NCBI GenBank assembly: GCA_951406725.2
Contig: OX597837.1
Coordinates: forward strand, 1,488,001-1,552,000
Length of the DNA stretch: 64,000 nucleotides
Origin: Octopus vulgaris
Taxonomy: Eukaryota
Direction: 5' to 3'
A program made the translations under genes and the position numbers. The notes under the pieces were generated by a model, which saw only the letters and a program-made list of their open reading frames with translations, made no database searches and had not been told where the DNA came from. Shown here one piece after another: positions 1-13,007 of the stretch; positions within the stretch are counted from its first letter, which is position 1, and each line of letters begins with the position of its first letter.

Positions 1-1195
1 TACACACATAATTTAGTTTTACAAACAGCTGCTAGTAATGAATACAGAGGTTAAAGACAATCACATTCAAAGCAGATGCACAAAGGCATAAACAGCACAC
101 AGGATTGCATACATACACGCATATGCGTGTGTATTCATGTATACATACGCATACATCATATATATATATATATATACATACATATATATCTACATATATA
201 TATACACACACATATATGTTATTACTGAAATCAATATGAGGTATAACAAGATGCATTTAAAAGCCCCAAACCTATAATTCCGGGCATGTTTCGTTTCTGA
301 GTCATTGCATCCAGATCGAATTATTTTCTATACCCGATTTCTATTTTTATCTACACTAAAATGCTGTTACCTATCTACATGTACACCAACATACACATGC
401 GCATAGACACATGCATGTGTGTGTATATGTGTATATGCATACCTATTTGTGTGTATGTATGTATGTATGTATGTATATATATATATATATATATGCGTCT
501 TTTTCTTTACTTTTCTACCCACATATATATATATATATACACGCACAACCACGAACATACGCAATTATTTCACTATATAATATCTTTCACTTTCACACAC
601 ACTCACACACACACTCACGCATATATATATATATATATATTGTGTGTGTGGTTATGTATGGGTAGCTATATTGTGTTCGCTCATACACAGAAACCCCCCT
701 CACACACACACATATATATTTATATACACACGTTTCATTCTAGACGTACGTCTAAAGGTGGAAAATAATTTTAAACGTATCCCTTTCGTGCTGAAGCCTT
801 ACAAAAAGTAAGTATAATACAATTAAAATAGAATAGGAATAATATATATATAAATATAAACAAAAGAGACAAGCCATCAGTCACCAGTCACCATTGACTG
901 ATCAATGATATCGGAATGATTACGATTGATTGTAAACCAAACTAAAAAAAAAAGCAAAATGAATGCCAGCGTTCCCTAAAACAAATATTTAAATATTGTG
1001 TGAGCTTAGTAATTTATGCATAGGTAACCTAGAGTGAAGACATTATTCAACGGAAAACCCATTTCCTTAGTAAGGAATTTATTATTATTATTATTGTTAT
1101 TATTATTATTATTATTTCTTTTTTTTTCTTCTTTCAAATTTGCTTCCATTTCTTGCCGAGTGTCTTCCCGACTCCTATTATTATTATTATTATTA

Positions 1196-1236
<41 letters not shown>

Positions 1237-1333
1237 TGAAAGGCTGATATTCTAATCTTAGCAATTTAGAATTGCATTTTGTCTTTTATCTGTTTTAGTA
1301 GCTTGTTTCAGTTATATCTTTTATTTTGTATAT

Positions 1334-1409
<76 letters not shown>

Positions 1410-1524
1410 CCTGTCTGTGTCTGTTTATCTATGTAGCTCTCTGTCTGTCTATTTAGCTATTTATTTTACACGCTCCTCTCGGCTGAACTATTACTTATCC
1501 ATCTTTGTATCTCTGCCTCTCCTC

Positions 1525-1564
<40 letters not shown>

Positions 1565-1568
1565 CATG

Positions 1569-1599
<31 letters not shown>

Positions 1600-1672
1600 A
1601 ACATCAGCCTGTATATTTCAGGCTGATAAATAATTGTATGTATGTGCTATAAACACGCACACACACACACAC

Positions 1673-1723
<51 letters not shown>

Positions 1724-2068
1724 TGCAATAAGCTGTGTGCGCGGGTATATACATTAAGTTGCGTAAATACACATACATTTCAATATTACTGTTTCCCTGC
1801 TTTTAACTCCATTCTCCATTTCAATATTCATCCTTTTTAATCTTCCGTTTTCTTCTTTGCTTTTGCTGCTTTTATTGGGGGTTTTTTTCAATCTATTTTA
1901 TTTCTTTACATTTTTGTCTTTCCTGCTTTGTGTTTTTCTTCTCCAAACTTATTTCAACTCTTCTTTCTTTTTCATTCATTTTTTTAATGCTACTTTCCTT
2001 TCCTTTTCTTTCGTACAAACACAAAACAATCACACACGCGTCAATTACAGATACATATATACACAAAT

Positions 2069-2117
<49 letters not shown>

Positions 2118-2457
2118 AATACATAATAATAATTGTGTAATTCATACTTTCCTCTTACAACGTTCAAAGTCCCTTCTTATTTCTATTTCCTAATGTATAG
2201 CTAACATTTTAACGAAATTACAGTTATGACATATCTTAAAAACATAAATGACAGACGCAAAGCAGCATAATATATATATTTTGCCGTCGGTTTCTAGTCA
2301 CGAAAAAAAAGTCTAATAATTTTAATTTAGTCACGTGATGCCGCACACATCCTACTAACTGTATCATATTTTTTTAATTAAATTGTATTTAAATTTTCTC
2401 TACCGTTTTCTGTTTCATTTCCACGTCTCGTCTTGACTCTTTTCCTGCCTCTCTTAC

Positions 2458-2511
<54 letters not shown>

Positions 2512-3168
2512 GTGTAACAATGTGTCGGTGTATGAGATAAGGCATAAACAGCAGTGCAAGTTATGTACTACAGAGGCTTATGAAATATAAATACTTTTTA
2601 CAGAATAATCATTTCCCAACGGATACCAGGATAAGTTACTTCCAGCGATATAAAAGCTGTAGGCCAAAGAAGTATTTTGTATCCATATCTTATCCAGATA
2701 GATAACACCACTCGACATATTTGGACAAGTAATAACTAATTTTAATTTCATACATAAACAACACAATTTAATCGACGCCTCTAATCCCCACCTCTACTCT
2801 TATAGCAACCGTTTATGATTAATAACCAGGAATCCAACTTTAAAATGTATCTTTACCCATTGCGTCCGAACCAATTTTCTTTCTTCGTTTGTGTAAGTTT
2901 TGCGACGCGAATCATATATGTTCATGCCAGTTAGCAACAATCCGGCTTCCAACTGCCAAACGTGATGTCCTCCCTGTATATTGTAAGGAAGCATTTATGG
3001 CGGGATGGCATTCATGGGTTTTTCGCATTCTTCGATACTTTTATGATTTAAATGCACACACACATATTCTGTTTGTGTATGTATATATATGTGTGCGCGC
3101 GCGCGTATGTATGTATATATATTATATATATGCGTATGTATACATATGTTTATATATATAGCTTTATG

Positions 3169-3211
<43 letters not shown>

Positions 3212-3286
3212 TTAGAAAAACATAAACTCGGAGAGCAAGCTTTAAGAAGTGTATATATATATATTTATATCACACATGACCACATG

Positions 3287-3327
<41 letters not shown>

Positions 3328-3989
3328 GGGGGGTCTTTTGTACTTAGAATATTGTATATCTTGATTGCCGCCTCTAGTATTTTGTTAAATAATTCTGTTC
3401 GTTTTTAAATTGATGCTATAATCTCTCTCGTCCTTGTATTCTTACTTCAAGAATGTGATCCCCGCCATTTTGAATTATTTATGCATTTTGTTTACAATTG
3501 TAAAACTGCATTTTCTTTACTCTATGTACTTTTACGAAATTAAGTTATTCCTTTTCATTCCACTATCAATAATTATTTAATTGGACGTTTTAAATAGTGT
3601 TTCTTTCTTTTATAAAACCCAAACAATACAAGTTACAATAAACTAATAATACAGGTCAAGGGTTAGTACGATTATCTAGTATTTCAATATTTCAAGGTTG
3701 GGACTCCTTCTCCAGGATATTTACAGAGAAAAGTTGTTGGTAATTGATGTTTCTACTCTGTAGTTTGTGTATGAAGAGTTGTTTGTCGTTGCTATAGGAT
3801 CCAACGAACTGCGTGCAACTTAGATCATTTATTAATTCGCGGGTTGTACTTGTTAAATAAAAATACCTTCTTTTATTCTCAACTTTTCAATATTTCTTTC
3901 GTTAGCTTCAATGGAAACTTGGAGATATTGGGTGTTGCTTTACCGTAAGTGTTGCTGAATGAGGAAGCATGCAAAACGACCTGTATTAT

Positions 3990-4360
3990 TAAAATTTCCA
4001 TAACTTGCATCGTTTTGCATAAAACAACATTTACAAAGATATACAAATCAGACAATGTTTCACTATACCGCTCAGTTCTTTATTGATAGGTTACAACACA
4101 TTTTTGCTGCTGTTACTCTGGTTTTATTAGACCTTTGCCTGTCCAAAGCCTTTTCATAAAATTGTCTAAAACGTTCGTGCTTGTTTTTTCGACCTTCAGT
4201 TAGCCGTTCTTTCACACGTTCTGAGTAACATAAAAATTTTCTTTCATAAGCCCCATCGTATGTAAAACAAAAAACTAAAGAATGTGTATCATATATGACG
4301 CATAGACGCCAGGGAAATATGTCCTGTGTATCATATGTGATACACAGGTAAAAAGCTTAT
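3990..4360 (-). mobile_element. Possible decayed piggyBac remnant
   Basis: The minus strand encodes HERFRQFYEK...TAAKMCC and YLCKCCF, like a piggyBac Cys-rich C-terminus. Near-perfect palindrome cctgtgtatcatatgtgatacacagg (~4324-4348) and a degenerate copy at ~4283. Confidence 0.35.
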
Positions 4361-4760
4361 ATGTCTCTACTCCTGTATATGCTGACTGTATTTTGCGGCG
4401 TGTGGGCGTAAACTGGTGGTGGCATTAACTGTTGCATCAACTGCAGTTTATACTTCGTGACTTTTGGCCTGTTCAAGAAATAAATACACTACGTGGTTTA
4501 TGGGCAAATGTGATTCTCTGTAACATCTTATGAGTGAAAATGAATGTAAGAAAACTGTACAGAAGCTCATCGTGTGAATTGTAGGCTGAGAAAAGTTCAG
4601 CTTTGTCACTCAACGTGTCATAGTAATTATGCTTGGGGATTGCGTAAAGGGTCCCACGTGGCTGTCTAGAATACTCAAGTGCTTATAAGTTCATTAAGAA
4701 ATGGATAATTTACTTGGTGGAACAGCAGTAACAGTATCCTCATGGTCAGCTAACGTCAAC

Positions 4761-5349
<589 letters not shown>

Positions 5350-6167
5350 GACACAAAATGTAAAACACACCTTCAATGCAGATCTGAAGAAATGCCTGTC
5401 CAATGTGTAAAACCGCAAATATTACGTGATTTAGAATTTAGAATTTTCGCGTTAACTGGCGTTGCAAATGAAGTTGGTACGGAAACAATTGTAACTCATA
5501 TTAAAGATATGTTATAGAATCTCCTTTTCTTTTCCTTTTCATTATACACACACATGCACACACGCACACATGTATGTATATATATTTTTTTTCTCGCCTA
5601 CACAGGCGACCACCTAAATGTATACATATACACGCACACGAACATACGTACGTGTGTATAATTGCCTTGCCTCTTGAGGTGCCAAAGAGAGGAGACAGTA
5701 AGGTTTTAAAATGGCTGCGTGCTCTGAAAACGAAGCGAGAAAGAGGCGAGTGCAAAGACGCGAAGTAGTTTTCATACAAGTCCATCTTTTACAGCCTGTT
5801 TACGTCTCTATTCCAGCAAAGACAACATTGTGTCTAAGCCAAAATCTGTATCGTGAGACGTTTGGTTTATTTCTTCTTTGCTAATCAGTTCTTAAATCAC
5901 CGCCAGAAACATAGAGAGCAACGAAAACCAACGAGACCATTTGCATACAAAGTCAATGAACAACAAAGCGTTCTCGCAGACATCACCCCGTTCCTTCAAA
6001 GCATACAACAACAATTATGAATAAATGAGCATAGATATATTTATATAAATTAATATAACCGGCAGATGTCTCTTATTATTAACTATTATATTTTTGAATG
6101 TATTTTTTTCGCACCTAAAACAATGTGTTTATCTATATGAGTATCTTTTTATCTATTTATCTAGGTT

Positions 6168-6216
<49 letters not shown>

Positions 6217-6412
6217 ATGTATATATATCACTGTATAAATATATATATTTACACACACTTATATATGCGCGCAAACATGCACACACACATGCATATATAT
6301 ATATATACACGCACACACTCATACACAGACATGTACATACACAAAAGCACTTATTTGGCACAATGTATGCATAACTGTCTACAACACCATGTATATGCTA
6401 AATATAAAGACA

Positions 6413-6455
<43 letters not shown>

Positions 6456-6720
6456 CTTCCGGCTTCGTAGAGTAAACACGTGTTGTCTCTCTCTGCGATA
6501 AAAAAACAAGAAAGGCTGCATAAAATCGACGAAATAACTTGGCAAATCACTCACAAAACGTGGAAATTGTTACTTTATAGACGCGTACCTGGATATTTGC
6601 TTAAAAATCGCAATATATTTCTGCCACAAGTCAAGTTTTGACACAAAGATCTTTTTCTGGCAATACGCACGTGGAATCTACAAATTTTATTCACATTCGA
6701 TAAGTACCCAAATTTCTGTA

Positions 6721-7150
6721 TATATCATCGCAAAAACGTATCACAAATTCTTGTTACTGTTAATTTCGTTAAATCTATTATCTATAAATTACCTGTTACT
6801 CTGTTTATATATATATGTGCGCATATATCAATATATACGTGCATGTGTGTGTGTGTGTGTGTTAGTAGTAGAATCGTTTATATCCTCGCAAAAACGTATC
6901 ACAAATTCTTGTTACTGTTAATTTCGTTAAATCTATTATCTATAAATTACCTGTTACTCTGTTTATATATATATGTGCGCATATATCAATATATACGTGC
7001 ATGTGTGTGTGTGTGTGTGTTAGTAGTAGAATCGTTTATATCCTCGCAAAAACGTATCACAAATTCTTGTTACTGTCTATAAATTACCTGTTACTCTGTT
7101 TATATATGTATGTGCGTATATATCTATGTGTGTGAGTAGTAGAATCGTAT
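6721..7150. repeat. Tandem repeat, 158-bp unit, ~2.7 copies
   Basis: cgcaaaaacgtatcacaaattcttgttactgt at 6729, 6887 and 7045. The third unit has an internal deletion. Confidence 0.95.
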
Positions 7151-7702
7151 TGTAGCTTATCTTAGGAGACATTTGTCTATAGCGAAATAAATATATATTG
7201 CCATTTCTTGGCGTGTTTTCTTTCAGCTGTTTTAATTATTATTATTAAAGGTATAGTCGCAATTAGTTATAGTTTTGTTATAGAAGAATTTGTCTGTTGC
7301 GGCGGACAAATGTATTATTACACTATTCTATTATCTATTATTATTATCACTTGTTAAATATATATGTGTGTGTTATATACATATGTGTGTATGTGTATAC
7401 TACATATATATATATAAACTCTGTAAAACCTCCTGGCCTGTTTTTTTTTTTTCTTTCTTTCTTTTCTTTTCCTTCAGCTGTTTTATTTTATTTTATTTTT
7501 CATTTTTATTATTATTATTGTCTTATAATCTCTTACTATTATTACCTTTGTAATATATGCTTATATATGTTTTGTAATATATGCTTATATATGTTTCATT
7601 ATTATTATTGTCTCTTTATATACTCACTTGTTACTCTTGTCTATATATGTGCATGTGCACACGTGTGTACATGTATGTGTGTGTGTGTATACATATGTAT
7701 GT

Positions 7703-8175
7703 CCCAATAGCTTCGTTTAGAATTCTATCTGTCTCTTCATTTCTCTCCCTTGCGCCCCTCCTTGGCCCAATAGCTTCGTTTAGATCTCTCTATCTGTCTT
7801 TTCGGTTCTCTCCCTTTGCGCTTTCTCTGTCTATCTCAGCTCTCCTCTAGAGGCTTCCTCTATCTTCCTTCAGCACTCAGTATCTCCTCTTCCTCTTCTC
7901 TCTTGCTCTCTTCTCTTGGCTCCCAATCTCTCCTTAAGTGCACGGACGCTCTCTTTCTCTATTACCCCCTACCCCCCTATTGCACTATTGGATTAATATA
8001 ACTTAATATAACTAGATAGATAGATAGATAGACAAAATATCTCTCCTCTTCCTCTTCTCTCCTGCTCTCTTCTCTTGGCTCCCAATCTCTCCTTAAGTAC
8101 ATAGACGCTCTCTTTCTCTATTACCCCCCTACTTTGGATTAATATAACTTAACATAATTAGATAGATAGATAATA
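7703..8175 (+). repeat. Tandem duplications in the LINE 5'UTR
   Basis: cccaatagcttcgtttaga at 7703 and 7766 (63-bp period). A ~159-bp unit (ctcttctcttggctcccaatctctccttaagt...ggattaatataactta...(GATA)n) at ~7885-8030 and ~8044-8175. Confidence 0.85.
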
Positions 8176-8183
8176 TATCAAGA

Positions 8184-9073
8184 ATGTCCAGAGCTTGGAA
8201 ACGTGATGAACTGGTGTGGTTCCTACGAGGATGGCAATGCGCTGACGGAGAAAGTCCAAGTAACATAATTGCGGCAGCACTAAAGAACAAAGGATTCAAA
8301 AGGACATCAGCACAAATAGAGCGGAAGAGGCAAGAGTTCGTACGCTCATACGCACTTGTCAGATCGCACATAAACACACTGGATGCCATTTTCAACAGCG
8401 AAAAACGCGAACAAAGTAAAGATGGCAAGGATGGAGACGTGGGCGCAGATGAGGAGGGTCACCCCCACCTGGTGGACGCCCAGGAAGAAAACTCCAACGA
8501 TAGGCCTGCCCGGGAGGTGAACCCAGGTACGGATGCTCCTACCGGCTCCAAAAGCCGTGGACATGGAGATGAAGAGGCCAAAAAAGAGGAAAAACTGAAG
8601 CTAAAACTCAGACAAAGCCAAGGGACAAGGCAGCCAGGGACAGAGGCAAACCTAACGGTCCATATGCCAAAAAGGATGGAAACAAGCAGCGCACACGGGT
8701 ATGTAGGTTCTACCTGAAAGGTGCCTGCCGGCATGGAGAGGAAGGTGCAGGCTGCCGCTTTGCACATCCGGGACCCTGCCGCAGAAACCAACCACCGAGA
8801 GGAAATGGGATGGACCAGGCATCACCTGCCCCAAAACGGAGGTACGCAGATGTGGTGCGTACCACAAACCACCAACGTGTTGTTGAAAGGGCAGCTGCTG
8901 AGCAGGAATCTTTTTTGTGCATGGCACAAAAGATTGTACAGCAGCTAACCTGGCTCCATCAGGCTCAGGCTCGCAGATGGAACTGCCCACAGTTCACGAG
9001 ACCGCCACAGCAGATGGACCCAGGGTGGACAACGCCGGCAACAGCATACACCTCACCTCGATGCTCCTACTGA
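8184..9073 (+). pseudogene. LINE ORF1, frameshifted: N-terminal Myb/SANT-like (trihelix) domain, charged linker, CCCH zinc finger
   Basis: The ORF at 8184 reads WKRDELVWFLRGW...IAAALKNKGFKRTSAQIERKRQEFVRSY. The -1 frame is open from 8573 to 9073 and encodes CRFYLKGACRHGEEGAGCRFAHP (8702-8770). One added base, e.g. in the A6 run at 8580-8585, joins them into ~296 aa ending at TGA 9071-9073. Confidence 0.7.
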
Positions 9074-11460
9074 ACATCAGAGGTTTACTAACACACAGTA
9101 ACAGGACAAAAGTCCCGTTCCTGAGAGACTTTGTCGCATGCAATCAAGCCTTATGCATAGCACTCACAGAAACGCATCTGAAACCGGACATAGCAGATGC
9201 GGAATTACACATACCACAGTATGTTGTACTACGGACCGACAGGAAAGAAAGGAGTCATGGAGGAGTTGCTATGTACATCCGTGGGGACCTCACACCCCAG
9301 GTCCTTTTGTCATACTCAAACTCGGTGTGTGACACACTAATTGTACACATAAGGCAACTTGATGTAGTTGTGTGTGCTACATATCGCCCTCCAGATGCCC
9401 CAAGTCATATGGGCAAGTTCGAGGACTGCCTTTTAAAAATAGAAGAAGTTCTAACCACATTAGAACAACACATAAGTGTACTTCTCATGGGAGACTTCAA
9501 TCTACCGAATGTCAGATGGCCCGAGGGCCTTTCTCTCCCAGGAATGACAAGATGTGAACGTGGACAGGCGAGGTCCCTCCTGAACCTCACCAACACCCTG
9601 TACATGGAGCAAGTAATACTGCAACCAACCAGAGCAGGTAACACACTGGATCTCTGCTTCACAAATAATATGGATCTCATCCATAATGTGAAAGTGACAC
9701 CGACACTACTCTCGGATCACAACATGGTAGAGCTGACCATGTACGGGCCAAAAGAGAGCACGGACATGCAGCCTACAAGAAACCCTCAGAATCTTTCCAG
9801 TTTGAACTTCAATAAGGCAAACTGGAAACAAATTGAGAAAGAGATCCTCAAACAAAACTGGCCTGAATGTCTCTCCTCGCCGGACATCGACATGATACTT
9901 CAACAATTCATGTCTGTAATGCAAGCCATATGCTACAAATGTGTCCCAGAGAGAAAGGCCACTGTACACAAAAACAAAATCCCCAGAGAGAGGAAAATTT
10001 TAATGAGACGGCGTACAAAAATTTCAAATCGCCTAAACAAACAAATTGAAAGTAGTGAAAAGTCCCGCCTGAAAATAAAACTGCTGGAAATTGAAAATTG
10101 TCTGCAACTTTCCCATGAGAAGGAAAGAGCAGACAAAGAAGCCTGGGCTATAGACAACATAAAAACTAACCCCAGAGCTTTCTACAGGTATGCCAAAGAA
10201 ACGGCTACAGTGCACTGTAGGATAGGGCCACTCCTTGAAAAGGATGGCACACTCACAGGAAAACCAATGAGGGTAAGTGAAATACTGAATGAACAATTCA
10301 AGAGTGTTTTCACTCCACCCCTTGGGCATTTCCAAATCAGCAATCCAACTGACTTCTTTACCACTGCAGATATAGAATCAGAGGCGGCGACGATAAGTTA
10401 CATCGAGATAAAGGAAGACGATGTAATAAAGGCTATAGATGAAATGAAAATAGACTCAGCTACTGGCCCCGATGGATTCCCGGCAATCCTCCTAAAAGTA
10501 TGTAAGAGAGTCTTAGCAAGACCACTGCAGTCCCTATTTCAGAGCTTCCTTGCAGCTGGCAAACTTCCAAGGGGACTGAAGGAAGGTAAAATATGTCCTA
10601 TTCATAAAGGAGGTAGCAGAGCGGAGGCAAAGAACTACAGACCTATCTCTCTGACCTCACACATCAGCAAGGTCATGGAACGAATAGTCAGAAGGAAACT
10701 AATCACCTTCCTTGAAGAAAATGACTTGCTGCCTGACACCCAACATGGTTTCCGACCAGGAAGAAGCTGCTTAACTCAGCTCCTGCAGCACTATGACTGG
10801 GTGCTGAAACAACTGCTCAACCACTCAAATGTGGAAGTCATATATCTCGACTTCGCAAAGGCCTTCGATAAAGTCGATCACGGAATGATATGTCACAGGC
10901 TGCGTGATCTTGGCATAGTTGGAAAACTAGGAGAATGGCTTCACGACTTTCTGAAGAATAGAAGTCAGGTGGTAGTAGCCAATGGGGCCACTTCCATTAA
11001 CACGCAAATAATGAGTGGTGTTCCACAGGGCACTGTTTTGGGACCACTACTGTTCATAATGGCCCTCTCAGACATGCCCTCAGCCACGCAGAGATCCACG
11101 ATCACAAGTTATGCAGATGATACAAAAGTTTCACAGGCAATACAGAACCCTGAGGACACTAAAAACCTGCAATGTGAGCTGGACGAAATATACAAGTGGG
11201 CTGAAAAGAATAGCATGCAGTTCAATGCTGGAAAGTTTCAAGCTTTATACTATCAGCATGCAAAACTGAATGCAATACCCAATGAATACACTGGACCCGG
11301 AGGGATTGCAATCCCAGAGGCACAATCAGTGCGCGACCTGGGTATTCACATGAGTGATGACGCGACCTTTCATGTACATGTTGCTAAACTGACAGTGAAA
11401 TGTAGACGGCTGGCTGGCTGGATTCTTAGAACCTTTAGAACAAGAGAACAAGATTCTTAG
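8917..11460 (+). CDS. LINE ORF2, N-terminal part: apurinic-like endonuclease plus reverse transcriptase
   Basis: EN motifs LNIRGL, ALTETHL, GGVAMYI, YRPP, MGDFN, TLDL, SDH. RT motifs GPDG, NYRPISLTS, QHGFR, YLDFAKAFD, GVPQGTVLGP, YADD. The real start may be ATG 9061. It stops prematurely because of the 31-bp duplication. Confidence 0.95.
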   Translation: MHGTKDCTAANLAPSGSGSQMELPTVHETATADGPRVDNAGNSIHLTSMLLLNIRGLLTHSNRTKVPFLRDFVACNQALCIALTETHLKPDIADAELHIPQYVVLRTDRKERSHGGVAMYIRGDLTPQVLLSYSNSVCDTLIVHIRQLDVVVCATYRPPDAPSHMGKFEDCLLKIEEVLTTLEQHISVLLMGDFNLPNVRWPEGLSLPGMTRCERGQARSLLNLTNTLYMEQVILQPTRAGNTLDLCFTNNMDLIHNVKVTPTLLSDHNMVELTMYGPKESTDMQPTRNPQNLSSLNFNKANWKQIEKEILKQNWPECLSSPDIDMILQQFMSVMQAICYKCVPERKATVHKNKIPRERKILMRRRTKISNRLNKQIESSEKSRLKIKLLEIENCLQLSHEKERADKEAWAIDNIKTNPRAFYRYAKETATVHCRIGPLLEKDGTLTGKPMRVSEILNEQFKSVFTPPLGHFQISNPTDFFTTADIESEAATISYIEIKEDDVIKAIDEMKIDSATGPDGFPAILLKVCKRVLARPLQSLFQSFLAAGKLPRGLKEGKICPIHKGGSRAEAKNYRPISLTSHISKVMERIVRRKLITFLEENDLLPDTQHGFRPGRSCLTQLLQHYDWVLKQLLNHSNVEVIYLDFAKAFDKVDHGMICHRLRDLGIVGKLGEWLHDFLKNRSQVVVANGATSINTQIMSGVPQGTVLGPLLFIMALSDMPSATQRSTITSYADDTKVSQAIQNPEDTKNLQCELDEIYKWAEKNSMQFNAGKFQALYYQHAKLNAIPNEYTGPGGIAIPEAQSVRDLGIHMSDDATFHVHVAKLTVKCRRLAGWILRTFRTREQDS

Positions 11461-11482
11461 AACCTTTAGAACAAGAGAACAA
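11421..11482 (+). repeat. Perfect 31-bp tandem duplication inside ORF2
   Basis: gattcttagaacctttagaacaagagaacaa at 11421-11451 and again at 11452-11482, creating TAG at 11458-11460. Confidence 0.95.
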
Positions 11483-11488
11483 GAAACC

Positions 11489-12052
11489 ATGATGGTCCTC
11501 TGGAAGACACTTGTCCTAAGCCACTTTGACTATTGCTCTCAGCTATGGTCACCATCCAGTGTCAAGTTGATCACAGAACTTGAGGCGATCCAACGAAGCT
11601 ACACAAAGAAGATAGCCTCTATGCAGAATGTAAGCTACTGGGAAAGACTCAAGAGATTAAAATTATACTCCCTGGAGCGTAGGCGGGAAAGATATGCCAT
11701 AATATACATCTGGAAGATCCTGGAGGGAAGTGTCCTGAACTTTGGCATCGAGAGTTACACAAATGCCAGAACTGGGCGCCACTGTGTGGTGCCTAGGACT
11801 CCAAACCTGCCATCAAGATGTAGGACAAGGTTCTGTGATAGCCTGGGCTTCCGAGGCCCACAGCTCTTCAATATCCTCCCGAAGAACCTGAGAGACCTGC
11901 ATGGGGTGGATACAGATGTCTTTAAAATGAAGCTGGATCTCTTCCTGTCAGGTGTCCCAGATGAACCAACTTCACGGCAGGAGGGGCAGATGAGGGCAGC
12001 TGCATCGAACTCGCTCATGCACCAAATAGCAGCTGCTAAAAAGCCTCCATGA
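11489..12052 (+). CDS. LINE ORF2, C-terminal part (continuation of 8917-11460)
   Basis: DYCSQLWSP, LKLYSLERRRERYAIIYIWKIL, GPQLFNILP. In frame with the upstream part once the duplicate 11452-11482 is removed. Confidence 0.9.
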   Translation: MMVLWKTLVLSHFDYCSQLWSPSSVKLITELEAIQRSYTKKIASMQNVSYWERLKRLKLYSLERRRERYAIIYIWKILEGSVLNFGIESYTNARTGRHCVVPRTPNLPSRCRTRFCDSLGFRGPQLFNILPKNLRDLHGVDTDVFKMKLDLFLSGVPDEPTSRQEGQMRAAASNSLMHQIAAAKKPP

Positions 12053-12306
12053 AGTGAAACCAAGTAGCAACACCAAATGGCGGTGCCCCAGCATGGCCAC
12101 AGCTCATAGGCTGGAACTGGAATCAATCAATCAATCATATATATATATATATATATACGTGCGTGTTGTCACACATGAGTGTGTGGACGTGTGTTAGTCT
12201 GCGTACATATGTGTTTGTGCTTATATATATATGTGTGTGTGTGTTCGTATTCATGCGTGTGTTTGTATGAAGAATTAGGATCGGGTTCTTTGAGAAGACA
12301 TAATTC

Positions 12307-12337
<31 letters not shown>

Positions 12338-12397
12338 TACGCATTCATATATTTACATATACATAAATACATATAATCTCTTTCTCTTCTCTCGGTC

Positions 12398-12428
<31 letters not shown>

Positions 12429-12696
12429 TTATTTATGTATATATACACATTCAAACACATACACACACTTGCATCTATACATATGTTTGTACACACGCAT
12501 GCGCGAGAACACACACACACACACACACACACACGCATTTCTACGCACTGCTGGAATCTTCCATCGAGCACCACTAAAAGAGTCATATATTTTAATTGTG
12601 TTCTTGTCAGCTTCGATTGCACGCAGTCACCATAATTTTTGGCGCTTCCATGGCGCTACCGGTGCTGTTACAAAAGGAATAACAACTACAACGACG

Positions 12697-12727
<31 letters not shown>

Positions 12728-13007
12728 GTACTTCTCATATAAATACAAGTGTTGTTACCTAGAATGCTTTCTTCTGGTTCATATGTTTGTTATTTTGATT
12801 GGCGTTTATTTAACGGTGTATGTGGCGGCGTGGTTGCAAGGGGTAGTGTTTATTGTAGGGTGAGTAATCATGTTTGTTGTTGTTTAGCCCCAGGTCAACT
12901 CTAACTGGATAAATTACCAATCATATTTTTACCACCCGTGAACGTGTCGCCATCTTTTTACATTATTTTCCCAGCAGAGCCATTGTCCAATATTTCATTG
13001 GGTAATA

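Larger units (their letters stand above)
7703..12137 (+). mobile_element. Near full-length non-LTR retrotransposon (APE+RT LINE, tentatively Proto2-like)
   Basis: Repeat-rich 5'UTR, ORF1, ORF2 with endonuclease and RT, short 3'UTR with two stem-loops and an (AATC)n tail, flanked by TA/TG microsatellite. The clade guess rests on C-terminal motifs LKLYSLERRRERY..IY.WKI, GP.LFN.LP and VPDEP...SNSL. The 5' boundary is approximate. Confidence 0.9.

Noticed and set aside
6721-7150. Regularly spaced repeats resembling a CRISPR array
   Set aside because: The whole 158-bp unit is repeated with no unique spacers, in a eukaryotic context with no cas genes.
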